Origin: a virus
Lineage: Duplodnaviria; Caudoviricetes
Length of the DNA: 64,000 nt
Virus record (IMG/VR): IMGVR_UViG_3300028048_001452
Direction: 5' to 3' (one strand)
The position numbers and the translations under genes are program-made. Every line of letters starts with the position of its first letter. The first letter of the stretch is position 1. Under the pieces are notes generated by a model that was not told where the DNA came from, did not search any database, and saw only the letters and a program-made list of their open reading frames with translations. This document shows positions 49,301 through 58,736 of the stretch, piece after piece.

Positions 49301-49948
49301 CCAAAAGGGACTAGAATTGAAGTTCCAATTATGACAACATATCAGCCATTACAAAATGAAATTCTTTCAATATGGTATAATTATGTTCCATATCAAGGTG
49401 TAATGGAAAATAAAACACAATATGTCAAACGTATTACAGATTGGAATTATTTTATTACAACATTAGGTACAGGTAAAAATAATACAGAATTAATAAAGAA
49501 AAATATAATTAACAATCTGCCTGGAGGATTAGTAAAAGGTTATAAAATAGATAATAAAGATATAATTCTTTCTAATGTTTATTCACATATGAATAATACA
49601 TTATCTAATTTAAATAAGAAAATTGTATTTATGAAAAATTCTGTATTGGAAAATAAAAAAGAATTTTGTAATTTAGAAACTGAATATAAATTATATAAAA
49701 ATTGTTCTAATTATCAGGATGGTAAATTACAGTTTAAAAATGTAGACTTTAGTTTATTCTTTGATGAATGTACTATTCCAATTTCTAAATATATAGGAGC
49801 ATATAGTGTAGTTATTGCCGATACAGGGGAAATTATGGTATTAGTGATTGGTAATTTCGATGAAAATGCAACAGTTATCAACCATTTAACAGGTGTATAT
49901 GGTGATTTATATCGTATTGAAGGTAGACCTACTACAGTAAGGTGCTAA
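46313..49948 (+). CDS. Large tail-fibre/baseplate protein with LamG/ConA-like lectin domain
   Basis: VRFGHDKPILETELNEIQ N-terminus; GTLDFYFKPNW..YHFRISW..IYLYLNG. Confidence 0.65.
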   Translation: MEYFDKFSNYDKRSSFQQVRFGHDKPILETELNEIQQIQDNMRTEVVRRHIYSGFTELTKKEFTGEPIIYNPTENGLTLTNKIAIAPFKANILGYTLNGEGNFTYDKHDNYVLVDLGESPKNSEKDSLVYLEVWFEVVKGTDSITKYGYINGDIIGTPAKDSRVGDETSQRLAMFWTIRVANEVDFDKYPEGLGYIDIFNFSHIFARANGQLNKLSNVNISFCEATNDLFRNEEFHNDKNLYVAGRPTYEINSSTLYGKYIYALPMFRIRRRNTTQYSLRNFNGSESYNNMVINNNSSVSGDLIAGYRPDRLAYDVIDVNDVIDIRKSVSYADYNENSMADKTISQLFDATLQTKEPKKMRRVQIGNTTLPYKHVENASMVVLFNKTIHDTLPGNALSTDNTSIRYEDSVCGMGAVFDGSNYALYDVQNCLNVNNGTLDFYFKPNWNGCDEEVYNQIICLKNSSQQPILVLEKKGLQLLLTRVYDYDATKKTIKNGATAYVDLSNTLLKANQNYHFRISWTDKAMPINGMIYLYLNGRLIAQAETYKTKDIAKWLVIGGDANSTTGFVISDLIGYKKNFEILVMQGSSYGYAKNNFWPMLPKDFVYGDTLLLPGFNGLTNNFGDNGYTQTQVTMELSPDSNISNGKHFKFHVSSDKRIISINKVYNYEDEKLYTYKTNYEVFINGVATNNQAGQPIYYGNEVDITFQTAYASVNKIVVEATIQLNTGCGGQDCPKEILSAGFMAYDDESDNYDYKLNIINEVSFNAEGEIPRQIPWLKPRKVNGEVDKAYDISNKVRTQTQCYARLIYYNMSGNGTVKYDIPMQVYGYKVVGVIGCSSIGDIDYVYRTPSEIPDEPEQYITVILKKALLVGETITFTLATEGYSFDYDLNSKTICTNMYQCKNLVFVADGKKSVFTKPCMSNADEVMHGGILKSVFSALIQQSNGKYKNVYQCYEDSQVFYNEDGEPTDQKRLNTHNITVSGFNTPFITVNIGEILPKGTRIEVPIMTTYQPLQNEILSIWYNYVPYQGVMENKTQYVKRITDWNYFITTLGTGKNNTELIKKNIINNLPGGLVKGYKIDNKDIILSNVYSHMNNTLSNLNKKIVFMKNSVLENKKEFCNLETEYKLYKNCSNYQDGKLQFKNVDFSLFFDECTIPISKYIGAYSVVIADTGEIMVLVIGNFDENATVINHLTGVYGDLYRIEGRPTTVRC

Positions 49949-49956
49949 AAAATATG

Positions 49957-49985
49957 TTGACAAATTTTGATTTATCTTATATAAT
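49957..49985 (+). promoter_or_regulatory. sigma70/sigmaA promoter
   Basis: TTGACA-17 bp-TATAAT. Confidence 0.85.
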
Positions 49986-50027
49986 ATAGCTACCATATAA
50001 AAATGTAATTATTGGAGGAAAATCAAA

Positions 50028-50285
50028 ATGGCTTTTGCGGATAACAATAATTCTCTGTATGAAAATGTTATGAAACAGTCTGATGTAAAAGAGACTAAAT
50101 TTTCCCTGTTGGAAAATAAGAAGTCTGGTAAACTAACTGCAAGTGTTCGTGATTTCAAGCACACAGAAGGATATGACGGTCCTACACGTAATGGAATGAT
50201 GTTGCAGTTGAATACAGTAGAAGATGTAGAAAAATATCAGAAAGCGTTTAATGACTTCTTTGAAAAAGTTAAAGAGTTTTTCTGA
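50028..50285 (+). CDS. PC4/YdbC-like ssDNA-binding protein
   Basis: SVRDF..GPTRNGMML resembles the PC4 motif D.R....P.KKG..L; GGAGG RBS; monocistronic. Confidence 0.5.
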   Translation: MAFADNNNSLYENVMKQSDVKETKFSLLENKKSGKLTASVRDFKHTEGYDGPTRNGMMLQLNTVEDVEKYQKAFNDFFEKVKEFF

Positions 50286-50292
50286 AAATATG

Positions 50293-50324
50293 AGGTCAAA
50301 GGCATTTAGCTTTTGACCTTTTTT
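50293..50324 (+). terminator. Intrinsic terminator
   Basis: AGGTCAAAGGC/GCTTTTGACCT plus T run. Confidence 0.75.
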
Positions 50325-50340
50325 GTTTAAGGAGCTATTT

Positions 50341-50718
50341 ATGCCGAGAAGAAAATTAAGTGAAGAAGAAAAAAAACAAAAATTCAAACAACAAATGTTT
50401 GAAAAAATTTTAAACAATGAAGAATTAACCATAACGCAAGTAGCAAAACTAGTAAATAAAAAGTCTGTTACTATTCGTAAGTGGGAACAATTAGGTATTG
50501 TCCATAAACCTAGAATTGTAAATAAAGTACGTAGATATAATCGAAATGAACTTTGTGTATTTATGCATGACTTGTTGCAACATGATTGGAAATATAGTAC
50601 AATTGACAAAGAAATGATTCAACAAATAGCAGATTATTTAGATTCTATGATTGCTATTGCTCCGAAAAAACGAACAATTAAAAAAGACCCATATTCATAT
50701 GATGGAGATTTATATTGA
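50341..50718 (+). CDS. MerR-type HTH DNA-binding protein
   Basis: LTITQVAKLVNKKSVTIRKWEQLGIV..P..RRY. Confidence 0.75.
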   Translation: MPRRKLSEEEKKQKFKQQMFEKILNNEELTITQVAKLVNKKSVTIRKWEQLGIVHKPRIVNKVRRYNRNELCVFMHDLLQHDWKYSTIDKEMIQQIADYLDSMIAIAPKKRTIKKDPYSYDGDLY

Positions 50719-50732
50719 GGTGAATAAAGAAA

Positions 50733-53189
50733 GTGGTACAATTAGATTTAGATAATGTATATTTAAAGATTACAGGGTTAGAAAAAGATATTGAAATAAA
50801 ATTATGGAATGAGTTATCTTTTGGTATACAAATTTTTGGTGTACCTGAAATTAGGTATCGTCATTTATATAATCGTAAGACAAAAAAGACATACGCAGGA
50901 TTATTTGATTATGTCAAAGACTTCTTTGATACGAACGAGATAGATTATAAATTAAATGATAATCGTGTAAAGCCTGAACAAAATGCTAATTTTCAATTGG
51001 TAGATTATATTGATAGTGATAAAAAAGTTCCTTTAAAATTAAGACCTTATCAACAGGATATTGTTGATAAGTGCAGAGAACGTGAGGTAATACAAGCCTG
51101 TACTGGAGCTGGGAAAGCATTACCATTAGATACAGATATTCTTACTCCAAATGGATTTGTTAAAATGCGTGATATTCATGTTGGTTCTGTTGTTTATGAT
51201 GAAAATGGTGAAAAAACAAATGTAATTGCAGAGTTCCCACAAAGTGAATTGAAGCAAGAATATAAAATTACATTTAATGATGGTAGTTATGTGATTTGTT
51301 GTAAAGACCATTTGTGGAAATATGATGTAAAATCTAATCTTCAACATCATAGATGGAAAGTCGATAATATTGTTGATATACTTCACAAATATGGATTAAA
51401 GAAAAATAGGTCATTTAACATTTATATTCCTGTATGCAAACCGATTCAATTTAGTAAAAAAGATTTGTTTATACCTCCATATTTAATGGGTGCATTATTA
51501 GGAGACGGAGGGCTTACACAAAACACATTAACATTTACCAATGTTGAGCAAGATATAATTGATAAAGTTAATTTGCTTGTTTCAAAATGGGGCGTATTTA
51601 AACATAGAAAAAACAAAAAGCATATACAATTACATTTTGTTGGCGGTAAAAATAATCCGTTTAAAGAATATTTAACAAATACGTTCCACCATGCAAATTC
51701 AAAAACAAAATTTATTCCAAATGAATATAAAATGAGTTCTATTGAAGATAGATTAGAATTAATTCGTGGATTAATTGATACTGATGGTTCTATAAATGAA
51801 AAGGGACATATAAAAATTGGTTTTGTTAGTGAACAATTAGCAAAAGATTTGCAATTTGTTCTTCAAAGTCTAGGCTATCGTTCTAAAATGACGATTGGCA
51901 AAAGAAAAGGAAAAAATAATACGTATAATTTATATATACGTGGTTGCGATGATAAATTATTTTCTTCAATAAAGCATAAAGAAAGATTTAAACATCGTAA
52001 AGTAGGAAAAAATCATCACTACGATATTTTAAAAATTGTTTCAGTAGAACCATTAGATAAAAAATCAGAAATGAAATGTATTACAGTTGATAGTCCTTTG
52101 CATACATATATTTGTAAAGACTTTATTGTAACACACAATACATTGATGATGGCTGCTTGTATTGCTAAATTCAATGTAAAACCTGTTTGTATTTTCGCGG
52201 ATAAAATAGGATTATGTCAGCAATTAAAACAGGAAATGGAAAAATTTCTTGGTGTCGAAGTTGGTTTAGTCGGTGATGGCATAGAAGATTATAAAGATAT
52301 TACTGTAATATCGGTACAATCAGCAGACGATAATTATATTAAAAATGCACAAATGTGTCTGTGGGACGAATGCCACCATATTCCTGCACAAACAATCACA
52401 TCTATTGCTAATAAATGTAAAAATGCTTATTATAGAATTGGTGTATCTGCAACACCTTGGCGCGATGCGGGTGATGATTTACTAATTGAAGCAGTTCTTA
52501 ATAAGAAAAAAGATGCAGTTATTAATGCTTCTATGTTAATTGAAATGGGTTATTTGGTAAAACCTGAAATTTATTTTGTTCCAATAAAACAAGTATTTAA
52601 GGGTAAAAATTATCAAGATATATATAATAAAGCAATTGTAGAAAATTTAGATAGGAATAAAATTATAACAAAAATTGCTTACAATATGTATATTCGTGAT
52701 AAACACATCTTAATGTTGTATAAAAATATTAAGCACGGAGAAAAATTGCTTGATATGGTTTCAAAAAGAATTGGAGAAAAAGTAAAACCTTTTACAATTA
52801 AAAATCCAAAAACAAATAAAGATGTTACAGTACGTGTAAGAAATGTAGAATTATTATCAGGTAATGATGATACTGTTAAACGTTTAGCAGTATTTGAAGC
52901 AGTTAAAGCAGGATTTTGTCGTTGTTTAATTGCTTCTACAATCGCAGATGAAGGATTAGATTTACCAATTCTTGATACATTAATTCTAGCAGGTGGAGGA
53001 AAATCTTCTACTAGAGCTTTTCAACGTATTGGTCGTGTAATAAGATTACATGAAGGTAAAACCAAAGGTATTGTTTTTGATTTTACGGATTATACTCCTA
53101 TGTTGCGTAGACATTCTAGGAATCGTCAAAAATATTATGAACAAGAACCTTTGTGGGATATTCATAAATTTAATGTAAATCCTGATTAA
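50733..53189 (+). CDS. SF2 DExH helicase (UvsW/Rad25-like), intein-containing
   Basis: LRPYQ, TGAGK|T, DECHH, SATP, EGLDLP, QRIGR. Confidence 0.9.
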   Translation: MVQLDLDNVYLKITGLEKDIEIKLWNELSFGIQIFGVPEIRYRHLYNRKTKKTYAGLFDYVKDFFDTNEIDYKLNDNRVKPEQNANFQLVDYIDSDKKVPLKLRPYQQDIVDKCREREVIQACTGAGKALPLDTDILTPNGFVKMRDIHVGSVVYDENGEKTNVIAEFPQSELKQEYKITFNDGSYVICCKDHLWKYDVKSNLQHHRWKVDNIVDILHKYGLKKNRSFNIYIPVCKPIQFSKKDLFIPPYLMGALLGDGGLTQNTLTFTNVEQDIIDKVNLLVSKWGVFKHRKNKKHIQLHFVGGKNNPFKEYLTNTFHHANSKTKFIPNEYKMSSIEDRLELIRGLIDTDGSINEKGHIKIGFVSEQLAKDLQFVLQSLGYRSKMTIGKRKGKNNTYNLYIRGCDDKLFSSIKHKERFKHRKVGKNHHYDILKIVSVEPLDKKSEMKCITVDSPLHTYICKDFIVTHNTLMMAACIAKFNVKPVCIFADKIGLCQQLKQEMEKFLGVEVGLVGDGIEDYKDITVISVQSADDNYIKNAQMCLWDECHHIPAQTITSIANKCKNAYYRIGVSATPWRDAGDDLLIEAVLNKKKDAVINASMLIEMGYLVKPEIYFVPIKQVFKGKNYQDIYNKAIVENLDRNKIITKIAYNMYIRDKHILMLYKNIKHGEKLLDMVSKRIGEKVKPFTIKNPKTNKDVTVRVRNVELLSGNDDTVKRLAVFEAVKAGFCRCLIASTIADEGLDLPILDTLILAGGGKSSTRAFQRIGRVIRLHEGKTKGIVFDFTDYTPMLRRHSRNRQKYYEQEPLWDIHKFNVNPD
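51117..52139 (+). mobile_element. Class-3-type (Ala1) intein with LAGLIDADG endonuclease (341 aa)
   Basis: Inserted in Walker A (GK|T); starts ALPLDT; DHLW, MKCITV, THN; LLGDG and LIDTDG motifs. Confidence 0.9.
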
Positions 53190-53199
53190 GAGATTTGGG

Positions 53200-54462
53200 G
53201 TGCAAAACGATATGGCTCAAAATGATTCAGTTTGCTTGTTATGTGGCGAACAATTCAAATCGGCAATAGCTATGAAGAATCATATATTAAAGACGGAAGA
53301 ACCAAAGCATCAACTTTTGTCTTTTGTATATAAAGAGTTAAAAATCAAATGTAAAGAAATAAATTTATATGTTGATAAATATCGTGATTTTTTTGATAAG
53401 GTAACAGAAGATACTCTTTCAATGAGTAAAGAGGCATTATTAAATAAAATCAAAACAGATATTCAGTTAGAAAAAGAAAAGAAATTAGAAGAAAAAAATA
53501 AAGAAAAAGAACAAAGAAAATTGCAAAGACATATGCAAGATATTCAACGTCTTGCAGAATTGGAAGAAAAACGTAATATTGAAAAGCGTTTAGAAAAAGA
53601 TTTATTTAATAGTATGCCATTGGAAGATAGACCAAAGTCAATAGTAGAAGAATTTTATACTATGATACATAGTCGTTGTTATAACTATGCTATTGAAGTG
53701 AAATTAATTAAATCATTATATACAAAACAAAAATTAACTTCAAAACAAGTTCATTTTGTGATTGAATATATGGCAAAAATGGGATGCCAAAATCTCCGTA
53801 GTATTAATTTTAAGTTAAATGAAGCATTGGATTTTAAAGCCAATATGGATTTAATAAAACAAGAAGGTACTGTTCCACATTTAGTTAAATATTTTTATAA
53901 GCAGTCTCATATGAGAATGAATGTAAAAACATTTATGAAAGAAGTTAATATAATTAAATCTTCTATGTTGGCTAATCATTTATCAATTGAACAAGTAAAA
54001 AATGTTATTGATGGAATGATAAAAAACAAAGTAACTGTTTTGTTGTGGTTTGATAATTATGTTTCAAGATTTTCTAATATTGAACAAACAGTAGACCCTA
54101 TTCATACGTGTACAAATACTCGTGAAATTAAAATGAATGTAAAAGAAGTTGTCAATGGAAATATGACTGTTGATAAGATTAGTAAGCGCATTAAAAAAGA
54201 TTGTATTAAAAAAATATATGAAATTTTCAAAGAAGGAAAATTTAATGATAAATATAATTATTTAGAATGGGCTTATAAAATTAATTTACCATTAAATAAA
54301 GAAATGGTAGATTATGCAAATGAACATAATAAAGAGCGTTGTAGTCGTTTTGACATTTGGGGTCAGAAGGTAGCTAGTTCTAACAGTGATGTTTTAAAGA
54401 AAAAATATGAAAATGTAATTAATTCGTATAAAGATTGGTTGTCAAAACTCCCTAATGCGTAA
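53200..54462 (+). CDS. Putative replication initiator with N-terminal C2H2 Zn finger
   Basis: CLLC..H..H; directly upstream of loader, helicase and primase genes. Confidence 0.45.
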   Translation: MQNDMAQNDSVCLLCGEQFKSAIAMKNHILKTEEPKHQLLSFVYKELKIKCKEINLYVDKYRDFFDKVTEDTLSMSKEALLNKIKTDIQLEKEKKLEEKNKEKEQRKLQRHMQDIQRLAELEEKRNIEKRLEKDLFNSMPLEDRPKSIVEEFYTMIHSRCYNYAIEVKLIKSLYTKQKLTSKQVHFVIEYMAKMGCQNLRSINFKLNEALDFKANMDLIKQEGTVPHLVKYFYKQSHMRMNVKTFMKEVNIIKSSMLANHLSIEQVKNVIDGMIKNKVTVLLWFDNYVSRFSNIEQTVDPIHTCTNTREIKMNVKEVVNGNMTVDKISKRIKKDCIKKIYEIFKEGKFNDKYNYLEWAYKINLPLNKEMVDYANEHNKERCSRFDIWGQKVASSNSDVLKKKYENVINSYKDWLSKLPNA

Positions 54463-54500
54463 TATAATAGATACAAAACGAAATAAGGGAGATAAACGAT

Positions 54501-55274
54501 ATGTTACTTACAAATGAAGAACGTGACCTAGAAGAAAAGAAAAACCATAGACGTATCGTTGAAAAATGTTCTATTTGTAACGGTACAGGTTTTGTATCTA
54601 AGATTGATGAACATGGGTATGAGCAGTCATATCCATGTTCTTGTTTGAAAAAGGTTAACCGCAATGTGAAATTATTAGATTGGGGTATTCCTCGTAAATT
54701 TTTATCTGATAAATGGGATATTAATTTTATTAAAGATAAAAATTTTTATGAACCTATTAAAAAGTATCTTGATAATTATTTGGATAATTATGACGAAGGT
54801 AAAGGGTTATTCTTATCTGGTCCACAAGGACGTGGAAAAACTACCATCGAAAGTATTATTGCGAAATTTTTAGTTACAAAACCAAATCCTGATACTTTTG
54901 ATAAACATTATACATTTAATGTAGCCTTTTCTATGTATGATGATTTATTGAAATGGCAATTTGATAAAAATTGTCAAGATAAAATGAAATTTTTTATCTA
55001 TAAATCTGATTGGCTTATTATTGATAACGTTGGAAATGAAATGGGAAGAAATGATAAGCAGTTTTCACAAAGATTTCTTGAAATGATTTTGAGAAAAAGA
55101 GATAACGATTGTAAGCCTGTAATTATTTCATCGAATTATACAATTGATGAAATTGGTAAAGAATATAATAATGATATAAGAGATTTTATTATTCAAAATA
55201 ATGAAATTATAAATGTGTTGGGAGACAATCATCGTATAGAAAAATATAATATAGATGACGATTTTGATTTTTAA
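54501..55274 (+). CDS. DnaC/IstB-like helicase loader ATPase
   Basis: CSICNGTG..CSC Zn site; GPQGRGKT; LIIDNVG; IISSN. Confidence 0.85.
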   Translation: MLLTNEERDLEEKKNHRRIVEKCSICNGTGFVSKIDEHGYEQSYPCSCLKKVNRNVKLLDWGIPRKFLSDKWDINFIKDKNFYEPIKKYLDNYLDNYDEGKGLFLSGPQGRGKTTIESIIAKFLVTKPNPDTFDKHYTFNVAFSMYDDLLKWQFDKNCQDKMKFFIYKSDWLIIDNVGNEMGRNDKQFSQRFLEMILRKRDNDCKPVIISSNYTIDEIGKEYNNDIRDFIIQNNEIINVLGDNHRIEKYNIDDDFDF

Positions 55275-55292
55275 TGTAAAGGAGCTTTAACA

Positions 55293-56654
55293 TTGGCACA
55301 AGATAAAACGCTTGAATTAGAAAAGAAGTTCCTAGCATATGTTTTGTCCGATAACGATTATATTGGAGAATCTATCGCTAGAATGGATAAATCATATTTT
55401 AAACATATAAATAATATTTATCGTATGATAGTTGGTTATTATGATAAATATAAAATGCCAATTACAGATGATAGAATTGATGCAAAATTAAATAATATTA
55501 AAAATTTAACTGAAGATGAACAGATTAAAATAAAAACAATTGTTTCTGATAGTAGGGATTTACCTATTCATGATATGGGCGAATTTAAATCTATCGAAGA
55601 TGACATAATTACGCAATATAAACGTAGAAAATTAGTTAAAATTGCAGATAAAGTAGTTGGTAATAATCCAAATAATTGTTCAGAAGAAGAATTAAAACAA
55701 TTACAAGATACTATTCAACAATTACTTGTAGATATTAACAGTACTGATTATGATGTAGAAAAAGAAGGTACTGTTGAAGAAGATGCAGATGAACGTTTGA
55801 ATGATTATACTAGAATTAAAGAACATCCTGAAGAAATCAATTTGATTAAAACAGGATTCAAACATATTGATGAAGCTATTATTGGTTGGGGATACGGTTC
55901 TGAAAACATTGTTTGTGGTCGTAAAGGTGATGGTAAATCTACCATGCTTTTAAATTTGGGATATTATCTATGGAAACAAAATAAAAATATTTTGTTTTAT
56001 TCGTTAGAAATTGATAAAAAACAATATGAACGTAGATGGGACGCAAGAGCTGCACTTGTATCTAGCAAAGGGTTAAAAAGTGGTCAATTGTCAGAAGAAG
56101 AAGAAAAAACATATAAAGAATATATTAATAATCTAAAAAATCATAAAGATATGTTTGGAAAACCTGTTGGTAGTGTATATATTGTAGACTGCCCATCAAA
56201 TGTAACTCCTTCTTTTGTTTCTGCCAAAACAGAAGAAATCGAAAAGAAAACAGGTATTGTATATGATGTAGTTATTGTTGACTATATGGGAATTATGAAT
56301 GCAAATATGCCAACAGGTGTAATTCGTGATGATTTAGGTTCTATTGCATTGGATTTAAAACGATTTGCTAGAGAACAAAAAAAGGTATTGTTTACTGCTG
56401 TTCAAATGAACCGTTCAGGTAAAAAAGATTTGGAACAAAAAAATGGTCATGCAGATACAGACGCTATTGCAGGGTCAGACCAAATCGCAGACCATGCAGA
56501 CAATGTATTTGTTATTCGTTCATTGGATTCTGATACTGCATTAGTAGAATCATCAAAAACTCGTGATGGAAGCTCATTTAGTTTTCACATACAAAAGAAA
56601 TATGATAAAATGCAAATGATAGAAATAGATGATAGTGAATGGGATAATTTATAA
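55293..56654 (+). CDS. dnaB: Replicative DNA helicase, DnaB-like
   Basis: TGF..ID, GRKGDGKST, SLE, IVDY, QMNR, KTRDG. Confidence 0.88.
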   Translation: MAQDKTLELEKKFLAYVLSDNDYIGESIARMDKSYFKHINNIYRMIVGYYDKYKMPITDDRIDAKLNNIKNLTEDEQIKIKTIVSDSRDLPIHDMGEFKSIEDDIITQYKRRKLVKIADKVVGNNPNNCSEEELKQLQDTIQQLLVDINSTDYDVEKEGTVEEDADERLNDYTRIKEHPEEINLIKTGFKHIDEAIIGWGYGSENIVCGRKGDGKSTMLLNLGYYLWKQNKNILFYSLEIDKKQYERRWDARAALVSSKGLKSGQLSEEEEKTYKEYINNLKNHKDMFGKPVGSVYIVDCPSNVTPSFVSAKTEEIEKKTGIVYDVVIVDYMGIMNANMPTGVIRDDLGSIALDLKRFAREQKKVLFTAVQMNRSGKKDLEQKNGHADTDAIAGSDQIADHADNVFVIRSLDSDTALVESSKTRDGSSFSFHIQKKYDKMQMIEIDDSEWDNL

Positions 56655-57307
56655 TGAAAAAAGAAGATAGATGGGATGACGATTCCGATATAACTTTAAA
56701 GCGTGATTTTTTAGATAAAAAAATAGATGGTGTAAGTTATATTAAATCGCTTATCCGAGTAAAAAAAGTAGGAAATATTTATACTGCTTTATGTCCATTT
56801 CATAATGAAAAAACAGAATCTCTAAGAATATATCCTGAAGGATTTAAAAATTCTGATGGTAAACCACAAGACCATACATCATGGTTTTGTTTTGGTTGTA
56901 AAAAAGGTGGAGATATAGTTAAATTTGAAGAATTATATTTCGACTTAGATAATGCACAGGAAGCGTGTAATTCATTATCGAGAAAATTTCATTTAGATTA
57001 TTCAGGGGACAATGAATTATCAGAATTGCAATCAAAGTTAGATGAAATTAAAAAATCAGATGAAAAAATAATGTCTCTACAAGAAATTAATTTTATTTGT
57101 TCTATTGCTTGTAGAAACTATCTTCATTTTGTTCTTGAAAAGTACCCTGATATATTTAATAACGAATATAATAAAATACAAATGGTTTATAAAAAACTAG
57201 ATGAACAATTATTGAAATCAAATGCTTATCAAGCACAAAAATTTATAAAAATTACTCAAAATACCATAAAAAAATATAAAAAGTGCTTGACACACAAGGA
57301 TATGTAA
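56654..57307 (+). CDS. Stand-alone DnaG-type CHC2 zinc-binding domain protein (no TOPRIM)
   Basis: CPFHNEKTES..WFCFGCKKGGD; 217 aa ending without a catalytic domain. Confidence 0.8.
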   Translation: MKKEDRWDDDSDITLKRDFLDKKIDGVSYIKSLIRVKKVGNIYTALCPFHNEKTESLRIYPEGFKNSDGKPQDHTSWFCFGCKKGGDIVKFEELYFDLDNAQEACNSLSRKFHLDYSGDNELSELQSKLDEIKKSDEKIMSLQEINFICSIACRNYLHFVLEKYPDIFNNEYNKIQMVYKKLDEQLLKSNAYQAQKFIKITQNTIKKYKKCLTHKDM

Positions 57308-57315
57308 TGTATAAT
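57287..57315 (+). promoter_or_regulatory. sigma70/sigmaA promoter
   Basis: TTGACA-17 bp-TATAAT. Confidence 0.85.
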
Positions 57316-57372
57316 CATATACGTAATCAAGAGAAAATTAATTCTCGTACAAAAGTAAAGGAGTTATGAAAA

Positions 57373-57648
57373 ATGACTAAGAACGATTTTATCAATGCAA
57401 TTGCCGAGAAAGCTGATATTACTAAGAAGTCTGCTTCGGATGTAACAGATGCAGTTTTTGCAGTTATTTCTGAGGCTATGGCTAATGGTGACAAGATTGC
57501 TATTAGTGGCTTTGGTACTTTTGAGACTGTTGACCGTGCAGCTCGTAAGGGTCGTAATCCAAAGACAGGCGAGACGATTGATATTCCTGCTTCTAAGGCA
57601 GTCAAGCTAAAGGTTGCAAAGGCTCTTAAAGAGACGGTAAACTCCTAA
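57373..57648 (+). CDS. hup: HU DNA-binding protein 1
   Basis: GFGTF..RAARKGRNPKTG. Confidence 0.95.
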   Translation: MTKNDFINAIAEKADITKKSASDVTDAVFAVISEAMANGDKIAISGFGTFETVDRAARKGRNPKTGETIDIPASKAVKLKVAKALKETVNS

Positions 57649-57673
57649 TCAAATCAAAAAAATATTCCTCTAC

Positions 57674-57708
57674 TAAAAACCACTATCTAAACTAGATAGT
57701 GGTTTTTA
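57674..57708 (+). terminator. Intrinsic terminator
   Basis: TAAAAACCACTATCTA/TAGATAGTGGTTTTTA. Confidence 0.8.
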
Positions 57709-57741
57709 TATATAAAAATTTAAAAAATTCAATTCAAACTG

Positions 57742-57770
57742 TTGACAAAATAACTTTTCTTTGATATAAT
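57742..57770 (+). promoter_or_regulatory. sigma70/sigmaA promoter, extended -10
   Basis: TTGACA-17 bp-TATAAT with TGn. Confidence 0.85.
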
Positions 57771-57815
57771 ATAATTAAAGATAAAGAGATAAACAAAGTT
57801 CGAGATATAGAAAGG

Positions 57816-58604
57816 TTGATAAAAATGGTTGGAATTGTGTTAATGGTGATTGGGGCAATTCTTGTTGGAATTGCGTTATTTGGTTTTTTCTCATATGCAC
57901 TTAGCATTGTAGGAATGTTTCTTCTTGCAATTGTTCGTGTAGTATGTGGTGGTTTATACCATATGTTTAATCATTCTCGCATTAATTCAGATTATGTAAA
58001 ATATAAAGAAAATGAAAAAATTGCAAAAGAAAATTCCAAAAAGGCAAAAATAGAAGCACGTAAACAGAAAGCATTAAAAGAAGCAAATGACCGTCTTGTA
58101 TATTCTACAACAAAACAGGTAAATGACCTTAAAATTCGTTATCCACTTGCAGATAGCTATCTGTTTGACGAATTTGTTACTGCTTTTACTACAAGAACGG
58201 TAGATGAAGCAGAACAGATTAAATCTCTTATTAAAGAACAACATACGGCTCGTATGAACGAAAATCAGTCTTTCAACAATAATAATAAATATACTGTTGA
58301 AGAAGTTGTATTCTTTGATAAGATGGATGAAGATAGTGCGTATGATATTACTTGCACGATTTATAAAAATGAAGCAGACTATATTCTGTTAGTTATGAAT
58401 CGTCTTACGAATGTTAAAATTATGTATACGTCTAAAAATCCTGTTATTGTAAAACAGATGATGCAGAATATGATTAATAAGGCTAAAGAAAATGCGAATA
58501 ATACTCGTATTCAGTTGGAACGCAATAATAAGAAAACTTTGAGTACTGCTGATATTAATGATATTATCGCATATACTTTGAATGAATGTAAAGGTGAAAA
58601 ATAA
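57816..58604 (+). CDS. Membrane-anchored hypothetical protein
   Basis: Two N-terminal hydrophobic helices followed by a charged coiled region. Confidence 0.7.
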   Translation: MIKMVGIVLMVIGAILVGIALFGFFSYALSIVGMFLLAIVRVVCGGLYHMFNHSRINSDYVKYKENEKIAKENSKKAKIEARKQKALKEANDRLVYSTTKQVNDLKIRYPLADSYLFDEFVTAFTTRTVDEAEQIKSLIKEQHTARMNENQSFNNNNKYTVEEVVFFDKMDEDSAYDITCTIYKNEADYILLVMNRLTNVKIMYTSKNPVIVKQMMQNMINKAKENANNTRIQLERNNKKTLSTADINDIIAYTLNECKGEK

Positions 58605-58654
58605 AGGAAATTACAGATAAATTTCATAAAATACTTGATATATAAGCATAAAAT

Positions 58655-58694
58655 AATATAGCAGACAAATATTATATTGTGTCTGCTATATTTT
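58655..58694 (+). terminator. Intrinsic terminator
   Basis: AATATAGCAGACA/TGTCTGCTATATT plus T run. Confidence 0.7.
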
Positions 58695-58736
58695 GTTTAT
58701 AGCTAGAGAATATATTTTTGAATTTATAATAAATAG

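Noticed and set aside
41038-49948. DGR or invertible tail-fibre switching between the two paralogs
   Set aside because: No reverse transcriptase, TR/VR pair, invertase or inverted gene segments seen
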